The notes: a model not told the origin generated them from the sequence alone. Shown: positions 9,667 through 19,914, counted from the first letter of the stretch. The stretch is 64,000 bases of DNA from an uncultured delta proteobacterium (GCA_963785725.1 CAWAWS010000026.1:214401-278400); one strand, 5' to 3'. Numbers and translations are program-made.

Positions 9667-9834
9667 TCCATGGCGCGATGGTAGGGTTCCGCCGGCCGCT
9701 CGCAACCGATCTCACGTCGCTGTCGAGGGGAGGACGACGGGCGAGCTTCTCATGGCGAGGACAGGCTGGGTTCAGCGGCGGCGGGTCAGCGTGTTCTCCA
9801 GTCATCTCCCACTTGCGTCGCCGTAGTCGGACGA

Positions 9835-10362
9835 CCAATCCAGTGCGCTTGTCCGGGCGAGCGGGTCCACACGAAGCGAACCTTGACCGGACGACCGTCG
9901 TCGTCATCGGTGCGTAGAACTCGCCGCAATCGCCGACGAAGCGCTGCACGGGGTCGGTCAGGCAACACCCGCTCTTGCCGAGATGCAGTAGATCGACAGC
10001 GCTGCTTCTTCACGTCGAAGGTGCGCGGGGCGAGTCCCGTGTAAGGCCATCGTTCTTGCCGGTGACGCGTTGGGGTAGCTGACCTCGTCGACGTTGACCA
10101 GGCCGCGAGAAACTGAGTGTGCGCATGACCAACGGGAACTCGACCACTCCTGACTGCGACGCCCGGTGCATGAGGCGCGGTTCGCATGTCCACTCCCCGT
10201 TCAGGAAGTCGAAGTCATGGAGGTCGAAGCGCTGGGCGCCGAAGTCGTGCGCGCAAACGCGGGCGCTCGCATGCACGGGCCGGCTTGGTCAATAGCCGGA
10301 GTGGATGCGCAAGCGGTGAGCACGCAGCCGGCCAGCCACACGGGGATGAAGAGCCTGTTCAT
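9835..10362 (-). pseudogene. Degraded lipoprotein of DUF1579-like type
   Basis: RBS plus MNRLFIPVWLAGCVLTAC; fragments HDFDFLNGEW, RTFD, GEFY and DDDGRPVKVRFVWT fall in different frames; 3' end missing. Confidence 0.65.
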
Positions 10363-10574
10363 TCTGTCGTTCTCCTCTGGTGTTGAACAGCGCGCCGGAG
10401 CGCTGGTCTGGGCGAAAATCGCGCTCTCATCTGCCTCGAACACTGGAGCAAGGCAAGGTCCAGGAATCGCGTGCGGCGCATTCGGCGGGCACGTTGCGTT
10501 GCGATGACAGCGGCGCACGTGATTCGCATCATCGTCGCGCGCCACCGTTCGACTACGTTGACGCTCGGAGGTTG

Positions 10575-10698
10575 ATGCGTGCGACTCAGCGAAGCTGCAT
10601 TTCGATCGGTACCGTGCTGTTCCTCGCGGGTTGTGGCCCCGGCGACCCATCCGTCCGTTACAGCGGCACAGTCGAGCTTCGAAGGGAATGCGGCGACG
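10575..10698 (+). pseudogene. Truncated lipoprotein N-terminus
   Basis: GGAGG RBS, MRATQRSCISIGTVLFLAGC lipobox; runs directly into the 3' end of the convergent gene. Confidence 0.4.
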
Positions 10699-12117
10699 CT
10701 AGCGCTGGGCGGCCCGCGGCTCGTCGATGCGCTGCACCGCCGGCGGCGACCACTCGTGGCTCAGCGCCGTCGGCTTCGGCATGTAGAGGCGTAGCATCAG
10801 ATTGAAGGTGCCGGCCGGCGCCGGCAGCCAATTGGCGCGCAGCGCGGCGTCCGTCGGCGGTTGGCGCTGCACGTAGAGGTCGAACGAGCCGTCGCCGTTG
10901 TAGCGCAGCGGATCGCGATCGCGCACGGCATAACGACGGGCGGGATTGTCGCTCAGATAGCCGTCGTCATCGTAGAGCGTCAGCGACCAGAAGGCGGCCA
11001 CCGGCGGCGCCTGGCCGCGCTCGAAGTGCAGGACATAGCGGTGCGAGCCGTCGAGCGGCCGACCGCGACCGTCGACGTGGGTGTTGGGATAGATCGCATC
11101 GGCCGCCAGGTTCGCGCCGAGGCCGGCCAGCGCCACGGTCGCGCGCTCGTCGTAGTTGCTGGCGAACGCGCCGACGTCGTCGGGAATCGTCCGCCAGCCG
11201 CCTTTCGCCTCGCCCAAACGCAGCGAGAGCGCGGTCAGCCGCTGACGGGCGCGGCTCGACACACCGTCGAGCGCGCGCGCCACCTCGGGTGACGGATCGA
11301 ACGGCTGGCCCGGACGCAGCCCCAGCTTGGCGAAGCGCGCCAACGCCTCTTGATCGATAGCCGACGGCGGGTTGTCGCGCATCAGCCGCGCCAGCGTGCG
11401 GAAGTAGGTCACCGGGTCGAGCTGCGCCACCGCGACCGGCGGCTTCTCTCCCTTGGCTTCGAGATCGAAGGCCTCGGCGGGCGGCAAGGCGTCGTTGCGC
11501 GCGAACGCCGTCAGCGGCTGCAGCGTGTACTGCAGCTCGACGGTGCGCGCGGCGTCCAGATCGCCGGCGCCTTTGACCTCGGTGCGGCCGATGATCCAGA
11601 TCAGGTCCGTGGGCGCGTCGACGCGATCGAGGCCGGGCGGTAGCGTGCCGTGCCAACGCGGCCCGACCAGCGCGATGTCACGGTCGGCGCCGTTGAGCGT
11701 GCGCGTGCCCGGCGCGGCGATGACGTTGGTCCAGCCGTCCAGGACCTGCAGCAGATAGAAGCGCCCGGTCACTTTGGGCACGTGCATGACGATGGGCTCG
11801 CCCGACAGATCGACCCAGGCCGTGGCGTAGAGCGTGTCGAGGTTGGGGCGCACGACCCAGCGCTCGCTCGGATTAGGGAGCGAGCGCGCGTAGAAGAAGC
11901 GGTTGACCGGCGCGCCCCGCGGTCCCGGCGTCGTCACCGCCGTCATCGACTTGCGGGTCGCGTCCATGAGCACCAGCGGGTAGCCGTAGATATAGGCGTC
12001 GTCGACCAGCGCCTGCAGCTCGCTCGGCGACGACAGCTGATCGTCGCCGGCATGCGCGGGCGCGACGGCGCCGAGCAGCAGCAGCGCCGCGAGCCACGTC
12101 AGTCTCCGATAGCGCAT
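10699..12117 (-). CDS. DUF1254/DUF1214 domain exported protein
   Basis: AYIYGYPLV, VVRPNLDTLY, FWSLTLYD, NWLPAP, LRLYMP motifs. Confidence 0.93.
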   Translation of the reverse strand: MRYRRLTWLAALLLLGAVAPAHAGDDQLSSPSELQALVDDAYIYGYPLVLMDATRKSMTAVTTPGPRGAPVNRFFYARSLPNPSERWVVRPNLDTLYATAWVDLSGEPIVMHVPKVTGRFYLLQVLDGWTNVIAAPGTRTLNGADRDIALVGPRWHGTLPPGLDRVDAPTDLIWIIGRTEVKGAGDLDAARTVELQYTLQPLTAFARNDALPPAEAFDLEAKGEKPPVAVAQLDPVTYFRTLARLMRDNPPSAIDQEALARFAKLGLRPGQPFDPSPEVARALDGVSSRARQRLTALSLRLGEAKGGWRTIPDDVGAFASNYDERATVALAGLGANLAADAIYPNTHVDGRGRPLDGSHRYVLHFERGQAPPVAAFWSLTLYDDDGYLSDNPARRYAVRDRDPLRYNGDGSFDLYVQRQPPTDAALRANWLPAPAGTFNLMLRLYMPKPTALSHEWSPPAVQRIDEPRAAQR

Positions 12118-12150
12118 GGCGGGCCTCCTCGGATGAGTGCCCGTCGATAG

Positions 12151-12166
12151 TGCAAGTCGAGGGCCG
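12151..12166 (-). promoter_or_regulatory. Putative sigma-54 promoter
   Basis: CGG-CCCTCGACTT-GCA (GG-N10-GC with TTGCA) upstream of the RBS of the DUF1254 gene. Confidence 0.45.
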
Positions 12167-12423
12167 CGTGGCGTGGCGAGTCACGAGGGCGCGCGCGGTC
12201 GCTGCGGCAGTGGGCGCACGCTGAGCGGCCCGAGCGAACGACGGTGATGGCGCTCGTCGCAGCTCATCGTGTCAGCCTGCGCAGCGGAAGCGAAACCCAA
12301 GAGCAGCAAGCCGATCAGGTCGCCGCCTCGATTGCGGTCGCGGTCGCGGTGCCTAGGGCAAGAGCGGCCGCGCCGTAGCCGGCGCTGGCGCCGAGGAGTG
12401 AGCATGCGAACCGCGGGTCAGCC

Positions 12424-12534
12424 GTGAAGCTCGTCCCGATCGTCATCGCCACGATGTTCGGGCTGACGCCGGTTCGCGACGACAAGCAGCTCGCCCGGGG
12501 CGACGTCGGCTTTCGCTGCGCCGGAGGCGACTGA
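12424..12534 (+). pseudogene. Short remnant ending in a formylglycine-generating-enzyme-like C-terminus
   Basis: VKLVPIVIATMFG...DVGFRCAGGD*; stop overlaps the HAD start (TGATG). Confidence 0.4.
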
Positions 12535-13523
12535 TGCGGCGCGCGTGGCCGCTGCTCGGCTGCCTCTTGGCGTGTTGGGCTGCAGCGGCGCAGGCCGAGC
12601 CGCTGGCATCCTGGCGCGACGGCGAATGCAAACGCGCTCTCCTCCGCTTCGTCACGGACGCGACGACCCAAGGCGGGCCGCGCTGGATCGCGCCCGACGA
12701 TCGCGTCGCCGTGTTCGACAACGACGGAACCTTGTGGTCCGAGCAGCCGCTCTATTTTCAGGCGCTGTTCGCGCTCGATCGGCTGCGCGAGCTCGGGCCC
12801 AAGCATCCCGAGTGGCGCCGCGATCCGCTCCTCAAAGCGGCCCTCGACGGCGACGAGAAGACGCTGGCGGCCGGTGGCCACGCGGGGATGCTCGCGATCC
12901 TGGCGGCGACGCACGCGGGCATGACGAGCGACGAATTCGACGTCATCGTCGCGCGCTGGCTGGCCACGGCCAAGCATCCGCGCTTCGGACGTCCGTATAC
13001 CGAGCTGGTCTTCGTGCCCATGCTCGAGCTCCTGGCCTATCTGCGCGCCAATGGGTTTCATACGTTCATCGTGTCGGGCGGTGGCGCCGACTTCATGCGC
13101 GCCTTTGCCCAGCGCGTCTACGGCATCCCGCCCTGGCAAGTGGTCGGTAGCCGTCTGGAGCTGAAGGACGAGCGGCGCGGCCAAGAGCCGGTGCTGGTGC
13201 GGCTGCCGAAGGTCGACTTCATCGACGACGGTCCGGCCAAGCCAATCGGGATCGAGACGCAGATCGGCGTGCGTCCCGTCTTCGCCGCCGGAAACTCCGA
13301 CGGCGACCTCGAGATGCTCGAGTGGACGACGGCCAAAGGCGGCGCGCGGCTGGGCCTGCTCGTGCATCACACCGACGCCAGCCGCGAATGGGCCTACGAT
13401 CGCGACTCGAAGGTCGGCAAGCTCGAGCGTGCGCTGGAGGAGGCGCCGCGGCGCGGCTGGCTCGTCGTCGACATGAAGCGCGACTGGAAGCGCGTCTACG
13501 CCTTCGACCCCGGGTCGCCGTAG
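12534..13523 (+). CDS. Exported HAD-superfamily hydrolase (NapD-like acid phosphatase)
   Basis: FDNDGTLWSEQP motif I, IVSGGG, GNSDGD, REWAYD. Confidence 0.92.
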   Translation: MRRAWPLLGCLLACWAAAAQAEPLASWRDGECKRALLRFVTDATTQGGPRWIAPDDRVAVFDNDGTLWSEQPLYFQALFALDRLRELGPKHPEWRRDPLLKAALDGDEKTLAAGGHAGMLAILAATHAGMTSDEFDVIVARWLATAKHPRFGRPYTELVFVPMLELLAYLRANGFHTFIVSGGGADFMRAFAQRVYGIPPWQVVGSRLELKDERRGQEPVLVRLPKVDFIDDGPAKPIGIETQIGVRPVFAAGNSDGDLEMLEWTTAKGGARLGLLVHHTDASREWAYDRDSKVGKLERALEEAPRRGWLVVDMKRDWKRVYAFDPGSP

Positions 13524-13752
13524 CGGCCGCTGCGCCATCGCGATTCGCGGCCTGCGGCCGGCAGCCTTGGCAAACAATCGCTGCTTGACCTGATGGCCGC
13601 GCCATCTGACCTGCTTAACAGCACTCCATGCGGGTCATTTTGATGACGATCATTCTCGGCGCCCGACTATCGTCATGCTGATCTCCGACGACTCGGGCTC
13701 GGGCGATCGGCACGAGAGCGGCATCGACGTCCCGCTGCCCAACTGAGATCGC

Positions 13753-14523
13753 ATGGACTGGTTGAGCGCGATGCCCTTCTCGCTGGTCGCATCGATCGCG
13801 ATCGTCTCGTCCCTGGGCGCGCTCGAAGCCGGGCGGCGGCTCGGCGTCCTCGAGCCGCCCGACGAGCGACAGGTCGCGACCATCTCGGGCTACATCCTGG
13901 CGCTCGTCAGCTTGCTGCTCGCGTTCTCCTTCTCGATGGCCAGCGATCGCTATGCGCAGCGCTGGGCCACCGCCGTCCAGGAGACCAACACCATCGGCAC
14001 GTTTTGGCTGCGCACGTCGCTCGAGCCCGAGCCGACGCGCTCCGCGCTGCAGGCCCGCCTCCGCCGTTATGTCGACCTGCACGTCGAGCATCGGCTGGTG
14101 CGCGCCGACGAGCCGCGGCTGGCGCAGATCGAGTCCGAGGCCGCGCAGCTGCAGCGGGAGATGTGGGCGCTGGTCATCGACGACACGCGTCGCAACCCGG
14201 AAGCGGCCCGCCAGCGGCTGGTGATTCCGGCGCTGAACGACATGATCGACGCCATGACGAACGTGCAGGCCGCCAAGGAGAACCGCCTGCCCAGCGGCGT
14301 CCTGCTCTACCTGTTCGTGCTCGTGGTCATCGCGGGCCTGGTCGTGGGCTATCGCGGGCCGGGCGAGCGGCGCAGCCTGGTTCTGTGGCTGACCTATACC
14401 TTGGCCGTCACTAGCGTGCTCATCATGCTGGTCGACATGAATCGTCCGCGCCGAGGCATCCTGCAGACGGACTTGCGGCCCTATCAGCACTTACGCGACA
14501 GCCTGCGCCAGGCTCCGCCCTAG
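13753..14523 (+). CDS. DUF4239 / bestrophin-like membrane protein
   Basis: LLLAFSFSMASDRY, ETNTIGT, DMNRPRRGIL motifs. Confidence 0.8.
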   Translation: MDWLSAMPFSLVASIAIVSSLGALEAGRRLGVLEPPDERQVATISGYILALVSLLLAFSFSMASDRYAQRWATAVQETNTIGTFWLRTSLEPEPTRSALQARLRRYVDLHVEHRLVRADEPRLAQIESEAAQLQREMWALVIDDTRRNPEAARQRLVIPALNDMIDAMTNVQAAKENRLPSGVLLYLFVLVVIAGLVVGYRGPGERRSLVLWLTYTLAVTSVLIMLVDMNRPRRGILQTDLRPYQHLRDSLRQAPP

Positions 14524-14528
14524 CTCGG

Positions 14529-15314
14529 TCACCATTTGACGTACTCGACGAAGAACACGACGCGCACGTTTCCTTGGCCCCGACCGACGACGATCGCGTT
14601 CGGCCGCACCTCCAGCACGAGGTGCTTGCTGACGGCGTGACCGGCGGCGAGATTGACCGCGACCGTGGTCTCGTGCGCGCGCCAATCGAAGCGGATGGCC
14701 TCTTCGGTCTTGGCATAGAACGAGCGCGGCAGCTTCCAGGTCACGCCGGGCTCGACGAATAGCGCGCGCTCCTGCTCGCTCGCCGTCGCTGCGGCGACAG
14801 ACAGAAAGGACCGCAACAAGAGCGACAGCTCGACGTGCGGGATTCGCGTGACCAAGACGCCCGCCGCCGGTCCCAGCTGCAGCTGGCGGCTGCCGAGCGC
14901 CGCGTCGGTGCTGGTCGGCAGCGCGCCGCTCAAGCCGACGCCGAAGATTCCCCAGCCGCGCTGCGGGCCCGTCAGATCGAAGAATTCGAGGTTGCGCAGG
15001 CCGACGACGCGGGCCGCCGGCGATTGCAAGCTCTGCACGATGACGTCGACGCGCACGAGCGCGTAGATCCGGCCGACGCGCAGCCCCGGAATGAGCAGAC
15101 CGCGATAGGCGATGCGCAGGCGAAGGCGCAGGTCGATGGTGCTGCCGCCGTCGTGAATGTCGGTATACGCGAGGCCGACGCGAAAGAGGTTGCTGATGTC
15201 GAGCGGACGGCTGGCCGCCGCGACGGCGCCTTCGTCGGCCGACGATGGCCACGCGGCGATGAGGCCGACGAGCGCGGCCAATGCGCGGACGGCTGCTGCA
15301 GGCGCGCGCTTCAC
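14529..15314 (-). CDS. Hypothetical exported protein, probably an outer-membrane beta-barrel
   Basis: Signal peptide; alternating hydrophobic strands; PTSTDAALGS.QLQLGP; terminal Trp. Confidence 0.6.
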   Translation of the reverse strand: MKRAPAAAVRALAALVGLIAAWPSSADEGAVAAASRPLDISNLFRVGLAYTDIHDGGSTIDLRLRLRIAYRGLLIPGLRVGRIYALVRVDVIVQSLQSPAARVVGLRNLEFFDLTGPQRGWGIFGVGLSGALPTSTDAALGSRQLQLGPAAGVLVTRIPHVELSLLLRSFLSVAAATASEQERALFVEPGVTWKLPRSFYAKTEEAIRFDWRAHETTVAVNLAAGHAVSKHLVLEVRPNAIVVGRGQGNVRVVFFVEYVKW

Positions 15315-15389
15315 GGCAACGGCTCACATCCGATCATCCGCGAGCTGACCGCGCGCGACGCGTGCTCGCGGCCACAGCGCGCGCCGCCG

Positions 15390-15827
15390 CTAAGCTACGC
15401 GCGGATCATCTTGGGCGTCCCGGTATTCGACGCCGAGCGGCCCGATTCCCGTAACCTGCGTGACGTACTCGCCGGACTTGGCCCAGTGGAAGTGATACGT
15501 GTCGCCGGGCAGCACGATGACGCTGCCGGGCGAATAGGCGCGCATCTCGTTGCCGTCGAAGCGATCGCCGAGCCCGATATAAAAGACACCCGACATGACC
15601 GTGTAAATTCGATCCTCGGGGTGGCGATGCGGCATCAGCTTGGCGCCGCCCGGCGCTTTGACTCTGATGACGTAAGGTCCGGGCTTGGTCGGGTCGCCGA
15701 CGACGACGGCCAGCCGCACCGACGGTGGAAACGCCGCGAACGGCTGCCAATCGATGTCCTCCGGCAGGATCGATCGGAAGACGTCTTGCCCGCGCAGGTG
15801 ATCTCGCTGTGTCTGCTGTTGGCTCAC
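15390..15827 (-). CDS. Cupin domain protein
   Basis: LMPHRHPEDRIYTVMSG and HFHW metal-binding motifs; start estimated. Confidence 0.88.
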   Translation of the reverse strand: MSQQQTQRDHLRGQDVFRSILPEDIDWQPFAAFPPSVRLAVVVGDPTKPGPYVIRVKAPGGAKLMPHRHPEDRIYTVMSGVFYIGLGDRFDGNEMRAYSPGSVIVLPGDTYHFHWAKSGEYVTQVTGIGPLGVEYRDAQDDPRVA

Positions 15828-15894
15828 GAGATCTCGTATGAGCCTCACGATCGCGTTGGCAAGTGGCAGCTGCGCCGACGCGCCGCCGGCCCGG

Positions 15895-17661
15895 CTACGA
15901 GATCGGGATGGTGCAGGTGCCGCCGATGCACTGTAGCGGCGCGCAGCACTGCGAGCTGTTGGTGCAGGCGCCGCAGCTGCCGTTGACGCACGCTTGGTTG
16001 TTGCAGTCGGTGCAAGTCGAGCAGCCGGCGGGCGGCAGCGGCGGGCAGGGCTGACCGGCATTGAGGATCTGCGTGTCGTAGTGGATCTTCACCGTCTGCG
16101 ACGCCTTGAAGTCGCCGGCGAAGATCGATCCGTAGACCTCGATGGGCGCCGACCACGTGACCAGCGCCGTCGGGTCGTAGAGGTTGGTCGCCAGCCGCAC
16201 GTTGCTCGACACCACCAGCTCCGAGGTCCCGCCGACGTAGGTGTGACTGAGCGCCGGATAATTGGGCGAGCCGATGGCCAGCGCCTGCGACACCTTGATC
16301 GTGCCGGAGACGAGCAGGTCGAGCGTGGCCGTCGGATCGAGCGTGATGGTCAGCGGGCTCGAGGTGACGATGTCGCCGTCGACGAACAGCGCCGTGTTCC
16401 CGTGCGCCACGATGGTGACCGCGATCGGGCTGTTGATCCCCGTCAGGTAATACTCGCCGCACGGCAGATCCAAGCGCTGCGGCGGGCTGCCGCTGACGAG
16501 CAGCCCGGGATCGAGCCCTATGGACGCGTTGTCGTTGGCCGTCTTGCGGGCCGCGACCGCGGCGGCGACCGGCAAGAGCGCGTTCGCCGCGCAGTTGCAC
16601 GGCGGCGGCACCGTGACCGCCGTCGTCGACACGATGCTCCCTGCCGTGACGCCCGACGAGTGCGTGGCGCCGGGCGACTGATAGAGCGTCTTGCCGATGG
16701 ACATGGGCCCGGTCTCGTTGCCGGCGATATAGGCGTCGTCGTCGACGGTGCACATGTCGACGGTGACGCCGGCGCCGACGTGCAGCTCCTGGCGCACGGT
16801 CATCGGCGAGCTGCCCACGAGGCCCTTGTTAGCCGACGTCCACAACGTGCCGCCGACGTCGACCGTCTGCGACGAGGTCCAGTCGCCGTCGAGGCCGACG
16901 CTGCCGCCGACGCCGCCCGGTTTGTACGGTCCTTGGAGGCTGCTGTACGCGTCGGTGAGGAACTGCTGCGACGCATTGACGCCGGCGCACGAGCACAGCG
17001 CCCACGTGAAGGTCGTCTGCGCGGTGTTGCCCGAGCACTGCGTGGCGCCGCCACCCGTCGGAAGCGAGATCGGCGGGCCGCCGCCGACGCATTTGGCCGG
17101 CGCCGGCCCGAGCGTCGCGGACGTCTTGCAGGCGCCGGCGACGCAGCCCTGGCCCGTCGGGCAGACGTTGCCGCAGGTGCCGCAGTTCTGATTGTCGCTC
17201 TGCAGATCGACGCAGGCGTTGTTGCAGCTGTCGAGCCCCGACATGCACGACGTGGCGCACTGCCCGCCCGAGCAAGCCGTGGCGCCGGTGCAGACGGTGG
17301 TGCAGTTGCCGCAATGCAGGGGATCGGTCGAGACGGGAATACACTGCCCGTTGCAGAACGCTTGATAGGCCGGACAGCTGCAGGTGCCGTTGATACAGAG
17401 CTGTCCGACGGCGCATGCCGGCGAACAGCCGCCGAGGCCACCGCCACCGCCGACGCCGCCACCACCGCCGCCGACGCCACCGCCGCCGCCGACGCCACCA
17501 CCGCCACCACCACCGCTGCCGAGATCAGCTGCGCCGCCGAGATCGCCTGCGCTGCCGACTGCGCCGATCATGTCGACGGAGCCGCCCGACGACGGCGGGC
17601 CGGAGCGAGCACAGGCGGGCACGAAAACAGTCACCGCGAAGACGACCGATAATGCGCGCAT
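15895..17661 (-). CDS. Cys-rich myxobacterial lipoprotein with Gly linker and beta-helix-like C-terminal region
   Basis: Lipobox-like VPAC; Gly run; repeats DPLHCGNCTTVC and DNQNCGTCGNVC. Confidence 0.8.
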   Translation of the reverse strand: MRALSVVFAVTVFVPACARSGPPSSGGSVDMIGAVGSAGDLGGAADLGSGGGGGGGVGGGGGVGGGGGGVGGGGGLGGCSPACAVGQLCINGTCSCPAYQAFCNGQCIPVSTDPLHCGNCTTVCTGATACSGGQCATSCMSGLDSCNNACVDLQSDNQNCGTCGNVCPTGQGCVAGACKTSATLGPAPAKCVGGGPPISLPTGGGATQCSGNTAQTTFTWALCSCAGVNASQQFLTDAYSSLQGPYKPGGVGGSVGLDGDWTSSQTVDVGGTLWTSANKGLVGSSPMTVRQELHVGAGVTVDMCTVDDDAYIAGNETGPMSIGKTLYQSPGATHSSGVTAGSIVSTTAVTVPPPCNCAANALLPVAAAVAARKTANDNASIGLDPGLLVSGSPPQRLDLPCGEYYLTGINSPIAVTIVAHGNTALFVDGDIVTSSPLTITLDPTATLDLLVSGTIKVSQALAIGSPNYPALSHTYVGGTSELVVSSNVRLATNLYDPTALVTWSAPIEVYGSIFAGDFKASQTVKIHYDTQILNAGQPCPPLPPAGCSTCTDCNNQACVNGSCGACTNSSQCCAPLQCIGGTCTIPIS

Positions 17662-17847
17662 GCCTCACCGTACAGCTGTTTCCGCGCGACAGTTATCGTA
17701 CAAGTTTGATGAGAACGCTGCGTTTCACGCGCGGAATACCTCGCGGTCGATCACGCGCGGGCGTGGCTCCGGCTTAATGCAGCGCGTTGGGCGGGTCGTC
17801 GAGCGTTGGGTCTACGGTGCGTGCCGTAGCGGACTTCCCCGCTCTCG

Positions 17848-18915
17848 TCAGTGAACCGCCAGCGGACGAACGTACTGCACGAGGCTCAAGAGCAGCTTGC
17901 CCGGCTCTTCGAACGGGATGAGATGCGCCGAATGCTCGAACCAGACGCCGCGCTTCGACGGCGCCTCCAGTCGCGCGAGCCAACGCTCGGTCGGCTCCGT
18001 GGGCGTCGTGTAGTCGTGGCGACCCATGAACATCACGACGGGAATGGCTAGCTTCGTGACGCTGCGCAGGTCGATCGCCAAGAGCTCGGGCAGGATGCGA
18101 CCGAGCGTCAAAAGGCTGCCTTTGTCGATGGCGTCGACGGCGGCGGCGTCGTAGTCGGGCGACAAGAGCGGCGCGTCGAAGTAGTAGCGCGAGGCGCTGC
18201 GATAGGCGCTGAGGCCGCCGTAATACTGCGCCCATTTGCGCGCCACGATGATGCGCTCGCGCGTCAGCGGCTGCTCGCCGGGATACGGCGCGATGGCGGC
18301 GAGCTCGGTCTGCGCCGTCCGATTGCCGAGCCGCTTGGCCTCGGACAGCGCGTAGTCGAAGCTGATGCGCTCGTTCTCGCGCGTGCTCAAGACCTGGCCG
18401 ATGCCGACGTAGGCGTAGAACAGCTCGGGATGCTGCAGCGCCGCCGTCAGCGCCACGACGGTGCCGAAGCTGTGGCCGACGAGAATGACCTTGCGCACGC
18501 CGTAGCGCCGGCCGAGGTCACGCGCGAGCTCGACGGTGTCCGCGGCGTAGCGCGCGATCGTCAGCGTCGGCGCGACCGCCTGCGGATCGGCCTCCAAGAA
18601 CGTCCGTCCGGCGCCGCGTTGGTCGTACTGCACGACGGTGAAGTACTCCTCGAGCGGACGCTGGAACATCCACATCGCGGCCGACATGGGCGACGCCGGG
18701 CCGCCGTGCACGAAGACGAGGAGCGGGTTCTTGCGGCTCTGCCCGCGCACGTAGACCCACTGCTCGACGCCGCCCAGCGCGACGCGATAGGTCTCCTGCA
18801 CGCCGTCGGGCGCGACGATGTGGTCGAGGTCGCCGATGATCTCGCGCGGCGTCGGATCTTTGGCGTGCGCCGCGAGCGGAACGAGCAGCAGCACCGACAG
18901 GACGAGCGATCGCAT
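17848..18915 (-). CDS. Alpha/beta hydrolase (proline iminopeptidase-like)
   Basis: HGGP, YDQRGAG, GHSFG nucleophile, HDYTTP, SAH. Confidence 0.9.
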   Translation of the reverse strand: MRSLVLSVLLLVPLAAHAKDPTPREIIGDLDHIVAPDGVQETYRVALGGVEQWVYVRGQSRKNPLLVFVHGGPASPMSAAMWMFQRPLEEYFTVVQYDQRGAGRTFLEADPQAVAPTLTIARYAADTVELARDLGRRYGVRKVILVGHSFGTVVALTAALQHPELFYAYVGIGQVLSTRENERISFDYALSEAKRLGNRTAQTELAAIAPYPGEQPLTRERIIVARKWAQYYGGLSAYRSASRYYFDAPLLSPDYDAAAVDAIDKGSLLTLGRILPELLAIDLRSVTKLAIPVVMFMGRHDYTTPTEPTERWLARLEAPSKRGVWFEHSAHLIPFEEPGKLLLSLVQYVRPLAVH

Positions 18916-18991
18916 GCAGGCATAACGTCTGGCGGCGCCGGAATGTTCAGCCGCGCCGGCGGCCACGCGTGGCGGCGTGACGCTCGGGAGG

Positions 18992-19822
18992 CTACTGCAG
19001 CGCGAACGGATAGTTGGCGCCGTAACGCGAATCCCAGGCGGTGCAGGTGCGGTCGCTGTTCTCGTTCTCGAACCACATCGTCAGCGTCTGGGCGCCGGCC
19101 GGCGCCGCGAACGTGATCGGCTGCTGCACGCGGCCCGACGACGACAGCGTGGTGAGCGACTGCGATTGCGCCGCCCCGCCATCGAAGCTGTAAAAGGCGA
19201 TGACGTCCCAGGCCATCGCGTCGTCCTCATGGCCGCGGCATCCGGAGAGGCGGCGGATGTCGTAGTCGACGAGGATGGGCCCGCCGGCTCGCAGCGTGTC
19301 GCCGACGCTGGGATCGAAGCTCGGCCACGGGAAGTGGACCGTCGGCGGTCCGGGCTCGATCGGGAAGTCGTAGTTGCGGCCGTAATTCGAGTCCCACGAC
19401 TGGCAGCCATATTCGTCCGACTCGTAGAACCACATGGTGAGCGTGGGCGCGGGCGGCACGTCGATGGTGATGTCGATGCCGACGCGAGTCGTCGGGCTCG
19501 TTTCGCTGGTGACCGATTGGCTGAAGGCGACGCCGCCGTCGACTTTCCAGTTGGCGATCACGTCCCAGGCGGGAAACTGCATATAGGTGGCGCGGCAGGT
19601 CGACAGGCGCGCCAGGTCGTAATGGACGATCGCCTGGCCGCCGGCGGTGAGGCTGCCCGACTGCTGAATCGTCCAGTCCGCGTTGAAGCTGAGCGTCGGC
19701 AGTGGCGCGTCAGCGGGCGTCGGCGCGGCGGTGCTGGCTTCGTGGAGGATGCCGGTGTCGAGCGGTTGCGAGCAGGCGGCGAGCGCCGCGCAGGCGAATA
19801 CGGTCGTGGCAGAGCGCTTCAT
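18992..19822 (-). CDS. DUF6209 family lipoprotein with two tandem domains
   Basis: Lipobox LAAC; duplicated YD..RL..CR...MWF...C..WDS.YG.NY.F. Confidence 0.8.
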   Translation of the reverse strand: MKRSATTVFACAALAACSQPLDTGILHEASTAAPTPADAPLPTLSFNADWTIQQSGSLTAGGQAIVHYDLARLSTCRATYMQFPAWDVIANWKVDGGVAFSQSVTSETSPTTRVGIDITIDVPPAPTLTMWFYESDEYGCQSWDSNYGRNYDFPIEPGPPTVHFPWPSFDPSVGDTLRAGGPILVDYDIRRLSGCRGHEDDAMAWDVIAFYSFDGGAAQSQSLTTLSSSGRVQQPITFAAPAGAQTLTMWFENENSDRTCTAWDSRYGANYPFALQ

Positions 19823-19914
19823 CCGCGGCAGATGACTGCAGATGCGTAACTCTGTCAAGAGTTACCATCTCGCGGCGGCTGGGCTCGCCTCAGTGCGGCT
19901 GCGTTACCGGGCGC

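Noticed and set aside
9560..9949. N-terminal extension of the dynamin ORF, including the ATG at 9622
   Set aside because: That ATG lies within the conserved riboswitch 3' strand (AATGACTCCTAC); the RBS supports GTG 9559
12181..12340. Fragment LLLLGFASAAQADTMSCD as a small exported protein
   Set aside because: No credible start and it degenerates quickly; at most a remnant
17435..17520. GCC/ACC-rich tandem repeats (similar ones at 39340-39410 and 62100-62165) as CRISPR or VNTR
   Set aside because: They encode Gly- or Ala/Thr-rich linkers; no repeat-spacer periodicity and no cas genes
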